Under the pieces are notes generated by a model, which saw nothing but the letters and a program-made list of their open reading frames with translations, was not told the DNA's origin and did not search any database. A DNA stretch of 54,175 nt, taken from NCBI GenBank assembly GCA_049687615.1, contig JBAVJE010000286.1, forward strand, positions 1 to 54,175. Reading direction: 5' to 3'. This stretch comes from Salinimicrobium sp. GTDB taxonomy: Bacteria > Bacteroidota > Bacteroidia > Flavobacteriales > Flavobacteriaceae. The translations under genes were made by a program, and so were the position numbers. The stretch's first letter is position 1; each line of letters starts with the position of its first letter. Positions 29,127 to 38,063 of the stretch are shown here, piece by piece.

Positions 29127-29900
29127 TTATTCCTTTAGCTCCAACCAAACGGGCGCATGGTCACTGGTCTTTTCCCATCCCCGAACCTCGAGATCTACCC
29201 CAGCATCAACGATCTTGTCCTTCAATGGTGCATTCAGCAAGAAGTGATCTATCCTAAGGCCGGCGTTTCGGCCAAAGGCATTGCGGAAATAATCAAAAAA
29301 AGTGTAGATGGTTTTCTCGGGATATAGATACCTGATGGCATCGGTCCACCCCTGCTCCACCAATTTGTGAAACGCCGCACGGGTTTCGGGCCTGAAAAGC
29401 GCATCGTCCACCCACCTTTCCGGTTTATAAACATCTTTTTCTGTAGGTATAACATTAAAATCGCCTGTTAGCAAAACAGGCTGGTCCAAATCGAGCAGCT
29501 TTTCGGCATGCGAATTCAACCGTTCAAACCAGCTCAATTTATAATCAAATTTTGGTCCGGGTGCGGGATTGCCGTTGGGTAGGTAAATACACCCAATTCT
29601 AATACCATTGATATTAGCTTCAAGATAGCGGCTTTGTTCATCTTCAGGATCACCGGGAAGGCCCCGCTGCACCTCTTCAATTTCGTATTCTTTGCTTAGA
29701 AAAGCAACCCCGTTCCATCTTGGTTGCCCAAACCACACTGCCGTGTATCCCGCTTTGGCGATCTCTTCTTTCGGGATTTTTTCATCGGGAGATTTGAGCT
29801 CCTGCAGGCAAACCACATCGGGTGAGAACTTTTTAAGCCATTTTAGTAAAACCGGTAGCCGTGCATTGATACCGTTGACATTATAGGTGGCAATTTTCAT
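29127..29900 (-). CDS. xth: Exodeoxyribonuclease III
   Basis: ATYNVNG, CLQELK, YLPNG, GDFN, GLRIDH and SDHAP motifs. Confidence 0.95.
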   Translation of the reverse strand: MKIATYNVNGINARLPVLLKWLKKFSPDVVCLQELKSPDEKIPKEEIAKAGYTAVWFGQPRWNGVAFLSKEYEIEEVQRGLPGDPEDEQSRYLEANINGIRIGCIYLPNGNPAPGPKFDYKLSWFERLNSHAEKLLDLDQPVLLTGDFNVIPTEKDVYKPERWVDDALFRPETRAAFHKLVEQGWTDAIRYLYPEKTIYTFFDYFRNAFGRNAGLRIDHFLLNAPLKDKIVDAGVDLEVRGWEKTSDHAPVWLELKE

Positions 29901-30017
29901 CTTTTCGTGAATTAATTGATCTACCTCTGAAGTTAAAAATTGCAGGACAAAAATATCTAAAGGAGGCGTTAAGATTTTGGTTTCCTATCTTCGCTCAAGG
30001 AAGTACAGGAACAGCCT

Positions 30018-30425
30018 ATGAGAAAATGGTGGAAGGCTTTTAAAACAAGAGCAGAGCAGCTTAAGCAGGAATTAAAAGCCCTGCGAATTGCCCTTTCTGA
30101 AGATCTTGTGCCCTGGCATGTAAAACTCCTTATCCTGTTCACAGTGGGTTACGCCCTTAGCCCCATTGACCTCATCCCCGATTTCATCCCTGTGCTGGGA
30201 CTCCTGGATGACCTGCTCATTATCCCGCTACTCATTTATTTTATTCTAAAGCTGGTGCCTTCCGAAGTTATGGAGTACTGCCGGGAAGAGGCTAAAACAA
30301 GAGAATTCAACAGAAAAAATAACCTGCTTGCGGGCATAATCATCATTATTATCTGGCTACTCGTTCTACTATGGCTGCTGGAACAGTTCTTTCCTGGATT
30401 GTTACTTAAAGAATATTTTAAATAA
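30018..30425 (+). CDS. YkvA/DUF1232 family membrane protein
   Basis: YALSPIDLIPDFIPVLGLLDD signature. Confidence 0.9.
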   Translation: MRKWWKAFKTRAEQLKQELKALRIALSEDLVPWHVKLLILFTVGYALSPIDLIPDFIPVLGLLDDLLIIPLLIYFILKLVPSEVMEYCREEAKTREFNRKNNLLAGIIIIIIWLLVLLWLLEQFFPGLLLKEYFK

Positions 30426-30667
30426 TGGCTATACATTTCCTAACACTACAAATTCCCCTCGTACACAACCTGCATTTTTATATATTTGACCGGTGGCAGA
30501 GAGTGGTTTCTTTTGTTCTTTACGGCTATGATTATCCTGCTTGGCATGGAAATCTTCAGACCTTATGTAAAGAAAAACAAACCGGAAAACCTATCTAAAA
30601 TGCCCCTCATTATGAGTTTAATTATATAAGTCTGAATATTTTATGAATTTCCATTATTTTTCCAAAC

Positions 30668-30711
30668 CTGATTTATATCATATTTAGAAATCGTTAACTC
30701 GTATAGTTTTG
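30668..30711 (+). promoter_or_regulatory. FNR-like box, 22-nt spacer and -7 element (ccoS-NO-Q-P-G promoter)
   Basis: CTGATTTATATCAT at 30668-30681; TAGTTTTG at 30704-30711. Confidence 0.85.
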
Positions 30712-30729
30712 TCCTTATTACAAATAGGT

Positions 30730-30915
30730 ATGAGCGTCATCTATTTACTACTAACAATCAGCATTATTGTAGCTGTATTTTTCCTCGTTATTTTTATTAT
30801 TGCAGTACGCAATGGGCAATTCGACGATGACTATACACCTTCAGTACGAATTCTTTTTGAGGATGAGCTTGTAAAAGAAAAATCGAATAAATCAGTAACC
30901 ACTAATAAAGACTAA
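30730..30915 (+). CDS. ccoS: cbb3 oxidase maturation protein CcoS/FixS
   Basis: Single TM followed by GQFDD...P..RIL.ED. ATG at 30730. Confidence 0.92.
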   Translation: MSVIYLLLTISIIVAVFFLVIFIIAVRNGQFDDDYTPSVRILFEDELVKEKSNKSVTTNKD

Positions 30916-30925
30916 TCAACTAAGT

Positions 30926-33124
30926 ATGGAATTGCAGCAGTTCTACTACGACAACAAAATCGTAAAAAAGTTCCTCTACGCGACCTTGTTCTGGGGTGTG
31001 ATCGGAATGTCTGTCGGGCTATTATTAGCCTTTTTATTTTTATTCCCTAACCTCACAGACGGTATCTCCTGGTTAAGCTTTGGAAGACTTCGTCCTCTTC
31101 ACACCAATGCGGTCATCTTCGCATTTGTGGGAAATGCCATTTTCGCCGGGGTGTACTATTCTACCCAAAGATTGCTTAAAGCCAGGATGTACAGTGACAT
31201 CCTTAGCAAGATCAATTTTTGGGGCTGGCAGCTTATCATTGTTGGTGCAGCAATTTCTTTGCCTCTGGGATATACCACGTCAAAAGAATACGCCGAATTG
31301 GAATGGCCTTTAGATATTGCTATTGCTGTAGTTTGGGTCGTTTTTGGATGGAACCTTATCGCTACCATCTTCAAAAGAAGACAGCGCCATCTTTACGTGG
31401 CAATCTGGTTTTACATTGCCACTTTTGTGACTGTAGCCGTATTGCACATCTTTAACAGTTTGGCACTTCCGGTAGGACTTTTCAAAAGTTATTCGGTTTA
31501 TGCCGGGGTTCAGGATGCGCTGGTACAGTGGTGGTATGGCCATAACGCGGTAGCCTTCTTCCTTACCACTCCATTTCTTGGATTGATGTACTACTTTGTA
31601 CCAAAAGCCGCAAATAGACCGGTTTATTCTTATAAATTATCGATTATCCACTTCTGGTCCCTCATCTTTATTTATATCTGGGCAGGACCTCACCACTTGC
31701 TGTATTCAGCACTTCCGGGTTGGGCACAAAATCTTGGCGTTGCATTTTCAGTAATGTTATTAATGCCTTCATGGGGTGGTATGATCAACGGACTTCTCAC
31801 CCTGCGTGGGGCATGGGATAAAGTTAAAGCAGATCCTGTGCTTAAATTTATGGTAGTTGCCATAACCGGATACGGGATGGCAACATTTGAAGGCCCCATG
31901 CTTTCCCTAAAAAGCGTTAATGCCATCGCTCACTTTAGTGACTGGATTATTGCCCACGTTCATGTTGGTGCCCTGGCATGGAACGGCTTCCTTACCTTTG
32001 GTATGGTTTACTGGCTTGTTCCAAGAATGTTCAAGACAAAACTGTGGTCGGTGAGACTCGCTAACACCCATTTCTGGATTGGTACTTTAGGGATCATAAT
32101 GTACACCTTACCAATGTACGTGGCAGGTTTCGTGCAGGCTTCCATGTGGAAACAATTCAACCCCGATGGTACACTGGTCTACGGAAACTTCCTTGAAACC
32201 GTTACCGAGATCATGCCTATGTACTGGATGCGCGCTATTGGCGGAAGCCTTTACATTTCCGGAATGTTCGTCTTGTTATACAACGTCATCAAGACCATTA
32301 GAAGTGGTTCTGAAGTAACCGATGAACTTGCCGAAGCTGCACCACTACAAAAAATAAGCAACAGGAGACTTGTAGGAGAAGGCTTCCACAGCTGGTTAGA
32401 ACGCAAGCCGGGGCAGCTCACAATTCTCGCTACAATTGCCATTTTAATTGGAGGTATCGTACAGATCGTACCTACCATTCTGGTAAAATCAAATATACCT
32501 ACCATTACCAGTGTTAAACCTTATACCCCTCTTGAACTGGAAGGAAGAGATATTTACATTAGAGAGGGCTGTGTTTCCTGTCACTCCCAAATGATACGTC
32601 CCTTCCGAAGTGAAGTAGAACGATATGGGGAATATTCCAAGGCAGGGGAATATGTTTACGATCACCCCTTCCTTTGGGGAAGTAAACGTACAGGCCCCGA
32701 TCTTCTAAGAGTTGGAGGTAAGTACTCAGACAACTGGCATTTCAACCATATGTATAATCCTCAAAGTACCTCTTCGGGATCTATTATGCCAAGTTTCCAA
32801 TGGCTTATAAAGGATAAACATGACCGCTCCGACATCAAAGCCAAGATGGAAACTATGGTAAAACTTGGAGTTCCGTACACCGAAGAAGACATCGCCAATG
32901 CCGAAGCTTCTATGGATGCACAGGCCACCAAGATTGAGGAGAACCTCTATAATGATCCTGATTTTGTCGCCACATATGAAGCCGATAAGAATTATGCTAA
33001 AGAGAACGGCCAGCCGTTCGTAGAAATGAAAGACCGTGAGATCGTTGCCCTCATTGCCTACATTCAGCGATTGGGTACAGATATCAAGATCAAAAATCCT
33101 GAAACTTCAACAACCTCTAAATAA
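30926..33124 (+). CDS. ccoN: cbb3-type cytochrome c oxidase, fused subunits I and II (CcoN-CcoO)
   Basis: RLRPLHT, QWWYGHNAV, WAGPHH and AHVH motifs; C-terminal CcoO with CVSCH and WGSKRTGPDL. Confidence 0.97.
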   Translation: MELQQFYYDNKIVKKFLYATLFWGVIGMSVGLLLAFLFLFPNLTDGISWLSFGRLRPLHTNAVIFAFVGNAIFAGVYYSTQRLLKARMYSDILSKINFWGWQLIIVGAAISLPLGYTTSKEYAELEWPLDIAIAVVWVVFGWNLIATIFKRRQRHLYVAIWFYIATFVTVAVLHIFNSLALPVGLFKSYSVYAGVQDALVQWWYGHNAVAFFLTTPFLGLMYYFVPKAANRPVYSYKLSIIHFWSLIFIYIWAGPHHLLYSALPGWAQNLGVAFSVMLLMPSWGGMINGLLTLRGAWDKVKADPVLKFMVVAITGYGMATFEGPMLSLKSVNAIAHFSDWIIAHVHVGALAWNGFLTFGMVYWLVPRMFKTKLWSVRLANTHFWIGTLGIIMYTLPMYVAGFVQASMWKQFNPDGTLVYGNFLETVTEIMPMYWMRAIGGSLYISGMFVLLYNVIKTIRSGSEVTDELAEAAPLQKISNRRLVGEGFHSWLERKPGQLTILATIAILIGGIVQIVPTILVKSNIPTITSVKPYTPLELEGRDIYIREGCVSCHSQMIRPFRSEVERYGEYSKAGEYVYDHPFLWGSKRTGPDLLRVGGKYSDNWHFNHMYNPQSTSSGSIMPSFQWLIKDKHDRSDIKAKMETMVKLGVPYTEEDIANAEASMDAQATKIEENLYNDPDFVATYEADKNYAKENGQPFVEMKDREIVALIAYIQRLGTDIKIKNPETSTTSK

Positions 33125-33130
33125 ACTATT

Positions 33131-33316
33131 ATGCTAAAGTTTATAAAAGGACATATGGAGACCATTGCGGGAGTAGAGATCTACCCAATCATCTCTCTGC
33201 TAATTTTCTTCATCTTCTTCGTTATCCTTTTTTGGTGGGTTTTCACCGCCAAAAAAGAATACATCAGCGACATGGAACGAATCCCTTTAGAATCAGATAA
33301 CGACCAACAATTATGA
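33131..33316 (+). CDS. ccoQ: cbb3 oxidase small subunit CcoQ
   Basis: 61-aa single-TM protein between ccoNO and ccoP. Confidence 0.85.
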   Translation: MLKFIKGHMETIAGVEIYPIISLLIFFIFFVILFWWVFTAKKEYISDMERIPLESDNDQQL

Positions 33317-34194
33317 GACACGCAATACCATCCTGGATAAGGATCCCGGTCATATTTTTAATCATAGTAGGTATTACCGAATACTTCATAGACTCTGGTG
33401 ACACTTTTGCCTTCATAAAATATCCTGTGCTGCAGATGGCGCTTTTGGTAGTGCTTTTATTCCTAATCGCGGCAGAAATGATTTTGGCTGCCATAGAAAA
33501 CGTGATGTTCAAAACGCTTTCTCCCGAAGCTAAGGAGCGCTATATGAGTGCAAGAGACGCCAGAACAAAAAAATTTGATCTTAAAAGAATCTATAGAAAA
33601 CTGGCAGGTACACGGCCAATTTCTGAAGAAGGAGAACTGGAACTCGATCATAATTATGACGGGATTAAAGAACTCGACAATAAGCTTCCGCCATGGTGGT
33701 TGTATTCTTTCTATGCTTCAATCATTTTCGCCGCCGGATATCTGTCTTATTATCACATATTCGATGGAGACAGTCAGTTTGATGAATACGAGCAGGAAAT
33801 GATCGCCGCCAAAAACGCGGTGGAAGAGTACAAAAAGAATGCACCCGACCTGGTAAGTGCCGAAAATGTGACTTTACTTACAGAGGCGTCTGATCTTGAA
33901 GCAGGAAAGTCTATTTTCCAAACCAACTGTGTGGCCTGCCATGCGGCAGACGGCGGTGGAGGAATTGGTCCAAATCTTACAGATGAATACTGGATCCTTG
34001 GTGGCGGCATTAAAAATGTCTTCCACACCATTTCTGAAGGTGGACGTGCAGGAAAAGGTATGGTTTCCTGGAAATCTACCTTAAAACCTACCCAGATTCA
34101 GCAGGTCGCGAGTTATGTGCTCAGCCTGCAGGGAACAACTCCGGCCAATCCTAAAGAACCACAAGGTGACATCTGGAAGGCAGAGGAAGAGTAG
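33313..34194 (+). CDS. ccoP: cbb3 oxidase subunit III CcoP (single heme motif)
   Basis: HNYDGIKELDNKLPPWW N-domain; one CVACH; GPNLTD. Confidence 0.93.
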   Translation: MRHAIPSWIRIPVIFLIIVGITEYFIDSGDTFAFIKYPVLQMALLVVLLFLIAAEMILAAIENVMFKTLSPEAKERYMSARDARTKKFDLKRIYRKLAGTRPISEEGELELDHNYDGIKELDNKLPPWWLYSFYASIIFAAGYLSYYHIFDGDSQFDEYEQEMIAAKNAVEEYKKNAPDLVSAENVTLLTEASDLEAGKSIFQTNCVACHAADGGGGIGPNLTDEYWILGGGIKNVFHTISEGGRAGKGMVSWKSTLKPTQIQQVASYVLSLQGTTPANPKEPQGDIWKAEEE

Positions 34195-34221
34195 AAAAAA
34201 GAACAAGAAGAAAGACTAAAC

Positions 34222-35634
34222 ATGAGTACCACAAACTATAGGGACCGTATAGGGACTATGAATGACGAAGGCAAAAGAGCCTGGGTCTATCCTAAAAAAC
34301 CCAGCGGTAACTTCTATAAATACCGCACCCGTTTCACCTGGTTCCTGTTGGCTTTTCTTATTATAAGCCCTTTCATTTATGTAAATGGCAATCAATTCAT
34401 GTTGTTCAATGTGCTGCAGCGGGAGTTCCATATTTTTGGTTTCCCCTTCTGGCCACAGGACTTTTACATCGGGGTGACTGCGATGATCATCGCGGTATTA
34501 TTTATAGCGCTTTTCACCAATGCTTTCGGGAGGATCTTTTGCGGCTGGTTTTGTCCGCAGACGATCTTTTTAGAAATGGTCTTTAGAAAGATCGAATATT
34601 GGATCGAAGGTGACCGCGGTGCACAAATAAGATTGGACAAACAGGACTGGACGGGAGAAAAGATTCGAAAAAAGGGATTTAAATGGTTTATTTTTTTCCT
34701 GATTTCCTTCGGAATCGCTAATGTTTTCCTCGCTTACCTCGTTGGAAGCGACAGGCTATTGCAGTACGTAACTAATGGCCCCTCGGCAAACCTTAGCACT
34801 TTTACTGCAGTGCTCATTTTTACAGGCGTCTTCTATTTTATATTCGCCTGGTTTAGGGAGCAGGTATGTACCATTGCCTGTCCCTACGGAAGATTGCAGA
34901 GTGTGTTGCTGGATAAGAAATCTGTTGTTGTTGCCTATGACAATAAACGTGGAGAACGGGAATTGGGCCGATCGAAGTTCAAAAAGAATGAAAACCGCGC
35001 CGCACTTGGTAAGGGAGATTGTATTGACTGCCTCCAATGTGTTCATGTATGCCCCACCGGAATTGATATCAGGAATGGTACGCAGCTGGAATGTGTGAAT
35101 TGTACAGCCTGTATCGATGCCTGTAATTTGATGATGGAAAAAGTAGATTTACCTAAAGGTTTAATAGGCTACTATTCTGAAGAGAACATTGAAAAAGAAG
35201 AAAAATTCAGGCTGACGCCTAAAATGAAAGGTTATGCCGCCATCCTTTTTGTGTTGGTGGGAATCCTCTCGGGAATGCTCTTTTTAAGAAGCGATTTGGA
35301 TGCGACTATCTTGCGTTTACCAGGACAATTGTACGAGACGAAGGCAAATGACATGCTAAGCAATGTCTACACCTTCAAACTCATCAATAAAACTAACGGC
35401 AACTTCGAAGACATACATTTTGAATTGATGTCTCATGAGGGCCACATCGAGTCTGTTACTCACAAGAATATCATGGTCCCCGAAAAAGGTCTCGCAGAAG
35501 GCACTTTGTTCATAGAGATACCAAAGGCACTAATTAAGGGCGAGAAAACCGAACTTAAAATTGGCGTCTACAGCGGAGATAAACTTATAGAAACCACCAG
35601 CACTAATTTCATGGGACCTAGAAGTTTTAGATAA
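34222..35634 (+). CDS. ccoG: cbb3 accessory Fe-S membrane protein CcoG/FixG
   Basis: CGWFCP, CTIACP, CIDCLQCVHVCP and CVNCTACIDAC motifs. Confidence 0.95.
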   Translation: MSTTNYRDRIGTMNDEGKRAWVYPKKPSGNFYKYRTRFTWFLLAFLIISPFIYVNGNQFMLFNVLQREFHIFGFPFWPQDFYIGVTAMIIAVLFIALFTNAFGRIFCGWFCPQTIFLEMVFRKIEYWIEGDRGAQIRLDKQDWTGEKIRKKGFKWFIFFLISFGIANVFLAYLVGSDRLLQYVTNGPSANLSTFTAVLIFTGVFYFIFAWFREQVCTIACPYGRLQSVLLDKKSVVVAYDNKRGERELGRSKFKKNENRAALGKGDCIDCLQCVHVCPTGIDIRNGTQLECVNCTACIDACNLMMEKVDLPKGLIGYYSEENIEKEEKFRLTPKMKGYAAILFVLVGILSGMLFLRSDLDATILRLPGQLYETKANDMLSNVYTFKLINKTNGNFEDIHFELMSHEGHIESVTHKNIMVPEKGLAEGTLFIEIPKALIKGEKTELKIGVYSGDKLIETTSTNFMGPRSFR

Positions 35635-35822
35635 ACAGATGATTGACCCGATCTTCGGGATCAGCAAAAAAGGAAGAGGTGGCTTATACGACCTCAGGTT
35701 TGGAGGTCTCGCCGGGAATGTATGACCAACTTGCAACTAATGCAGGAGAACTACATTCAGTAGAGGCGGTTAAGATTAGGTTATTTCTTATTATTAAAGA
35801 CTAATTTTTAAAGAAGGAGCAT

Positions 35823-36269
35823 ATGAAGATTTCATGGGGTACATCACTGGTTTTGGCAATAATAAGCTTCATCTCATTCATCATGTTCTTTGTGATTACG
35901 ATGACCACAGACGACGCCTATAGCTATGACCTGGTCACAGAAGAATATTATAAGACTGAACTGGAATTTCAGCATCAAATAGATAAGGAAAACAATGCGA
36001 CTAAGCTTTCAGAAAACATCAGCGTGATGAAAACAGCTGAAGGGCTGGCCATTAATTTTCCGCAAAATCTCAATTTTTCAAAAATTGAAGGCACGGTGTT
36101 CCTTTACCGGCCGTCCAACAAGCAGCTGGATAATGATATTCCTCTTTCATTATCCTCTCATCAATTGCTCGTACCTGATAGAAGCCTTGTTGGCGGCCGC
36201 TGGAACATTATCGTAGACTGGACCTATGAAGGCGAAGCCTACTACTATAAAAAAGAAATCAATTACTAA
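35823..36269 (+). CDS. ccoH: FixH/CcoH family protein
   Basis: N-terminal TM; DLVTEEYY and LYRPS motifs; position after ccoG. Confidence 0.85.
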   Translation: MKISWGTSLVLAIISFISFIMFFVITMTTDDAYSYDLVTEEYYKTELEFQHQIDKENNATKLSENISVMKTAEGLAINFPQNLNFSKIEGTVFLYRPSNKQLDNDIPLSLSSHQLLVPDRSLVGGRWNIIVDWTYEGEAYYYKKEINY

Positions 36270-36973
36270 TGATTTATTCAGCGCTTGCTTTTGGAATTTT
36301 GGGAAGCTTTCACTGCGTAGGCATGTGTGGGCCAATTGCTTTTGTATTACCCGTGTCCAGGGACAATGAAACAAAAAAAATTGCACAGGTTTTCCTTTAC
36401 CACCTGGGAAGAATTCTCGCCTATAGCCTTATCGGACTTGTTTTTGGAATGCTTGGCAAAAGCCTGAACCTCTTTGGACTTCAGCAATATCTTTCTATTG
36501 GGGCCGGCTTATTGATGATCGCTGTTATTCTTGTCCCTTCGAAAGGGTTCCAAAAATTCAACTTTTCGGGACCTATGTACAGGATAATTGGACGCATCAA
36601 GTCTTCTTTAGGGGCTGCGCTCAAGAAGAAGACAGCAGATACATTCCTAACCATTGGTTTCCTCAACGGCTTTCTTCCCTGTGGCCTGGTCTACATGGCA
36701 GTATTTGGCGCCATAGCCTCGGGAAGTATCCTTGACAGCAGCCTATACATGATTTTATTTGGTATAGGTACTATTCCTCTAATGACTACTGCAGTCTATT
36801 TTGGTGGAATGCTTAACGGAGTACTACGGAAACGGGTACAGCGCCTCATACCAATATTTGTTGTAGTGATAGGCCTTCTGTTCATCCTACGGGGGCTCGG
36901 GCTTGGAATCCCCTACCTATCTCCTCCTACCCCGGTTAATAAGATGATCTCTGCAGGCACTTCCTGCCATTAA
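36269..36973 (+). CDS. DsbD_2/TauE-SafE-like membrane protein associated with cbb3 biogenesis
   Basis: GSFHCVGMCGP and NGFLPCGLVY motifs. Confidence 0.88.
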   Translation: MIYSALAFGILGSFHCVGMCGPIAFVLPVSRDNETKKIAQVFLYHLGRILAYSLIGLVFGMLGKSLNLFGLQQYLSIGAGLLMIAVILVPSKGFQKFNFSGPMYRIIGRIKSSLGAALKKKTADTFLTIGFLNGFLPCGLVYMAVFGAIASGSILDSSLYMILFGIGTIPLMTTAVYFGGMLNGVLRKRVQRLIPIFVVVIGLLFILRGLGLGIPYLSPPTPVNKMISAGTSCH

Positions 36974-37203
36974 AAAACGGCAAAAAGGTCACCCACGCAA
37001 GATCATTTGCTCAGGCCTATTTATCTTCTCTAAAAGGTTGCGTTCTGAAATCATAAAATTTTCTTAAATTATCCTCCTTCGTTTCGAAAACATTCCTATT
37101 TCTTAAACAGAATCGCCTGTACATTTGTAGCAAATTCAAAAAACCGCTATTAAACATCGATAATTATTTTAGCCAAAATTTGCTTTATTCATAATTTTCA
37201 ACT

Positions 37204-37236
37204 TAAATTTGTCCTCGCAAATATGAGAATGGTCAT
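37204..37236 (+). promoter_or_regulatory. Upstream -7 element followed by an FNR-like palindrome (candidate repressed promoter)
   Basis: TAAATTTG at 37204-37211; ATGAGAATGGTCAT at 37223-37236 within AAATATGA-N6-TCATATTT. Confidence 0.5.
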
Positions 37237-37355
37237 ATTTAGGTCTTCGAAATTTTGAATTCAGACTAATGGGTCCAGTAAATATGCGGGCTCAGCGAGA
37301 ATTGTGAAAAATTTCCTAAAAAAGGAAGAAACAGACGTGAAAATTTGCTCAAAAA

Positions 37356-37399
37356 CTGACGGTGATCATACTGAAACCTCCTTTTATATTCCAACTTTG
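37356..37399 (+). promoter_or_regulatory. FNR-like box, 22-nt spacer and -7 element (yceI-barrel cassette promoter)
   Basis: CTGACGGTGATCAT at 37356-37369; CAACTTTG at 37392-37399. Confidence 0.8.
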
Positions 37400-37420
37400 T
37401 ATCAATAAAAAATAGAAATC

Positions 37421-38011
37421 ATGAAAACTAGAAAAAACTTTTGGTTAGCCCTCGGGACACTTGCGACGATATTGTTTTTCGCGCCTCTTTCCTGGAGCCA
37501 GGCTTACAAGCTTAACAACTCTGCTTCTAATTTGAAAGTAGAAGGGACTTCAAACATTCACGACTGGCATTTAGAAGCTGAGCAAATGCAGGGAGATCTC
37601 ACTGTTCAATTGGATGAAGGACAACTGGTGAAATTAGAACAACTTAACTTAGTCGTTGTTGCCGAAGGCCTGAAAAGCGGAAAAGGTGGAATGGATAAAA
37701 ACACCTATAAAGCACTTAACACAGATGATCATAAGAAAATAACCTACCAATTGCAAAAGGCTAGCAACATTGACTGTACAAGCAATAGCTCTTGTAAAGT
37801 GACCACGACTGGGTTCCTGACTATAGCCGGAACAAAAAAATCTGTCGAAATTATTTTTGATGCTAAAGTAACCGGAGACAAAGTTGTTCTTGCCGGAAAC
37901 AAAAAGATTAAAATGACTGAATTTAAAGTAGACCCCCCAACAGCAATGTTTGGAACTATTACTACTGGAGATGAGGTGAACATTAAATTTCAAACCGTTT
38001 TTACTAAATAA
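37421..38011 (+). CDS. Exported YceI-like lipid/polyisoprenoid-binding protein
   Basis: Signal peptide; GTSNIHDW, G.LTIAG.KK and F.VDPPTAMFG.I..GDEV.I.F YceI pattern. Confidence 0.85.
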   Translation: MKTRKNFWLALGTLATILFFAPLSWSQAYKLNNSASNLKVEGTSNIHDWHLEAEQMQGDLTVQLDEGQLVKLEQLNLVVVAEGLKSGKGGMDKNTYKALNTDDHKKITYQLQKASNIDCTSNSSCKVTTTGFLTIAGTKKSVEIIFDAKVTGDKVVLAGNKKIKMTEFKVDPPTAMFGTITTGDEVNIKFQTVFTK

Positions 38012-38063
38012 CTAAACAATAATTCAATTTAATTTCAACTATCAACTTTATTAATTACACAAA

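Noticed and set aside
30926..34194. CcoN-CcoO fusion and single-heme CcoP as novelties
   Set aside because: To my knowledge this is the normal Bacteroidota arrangement.
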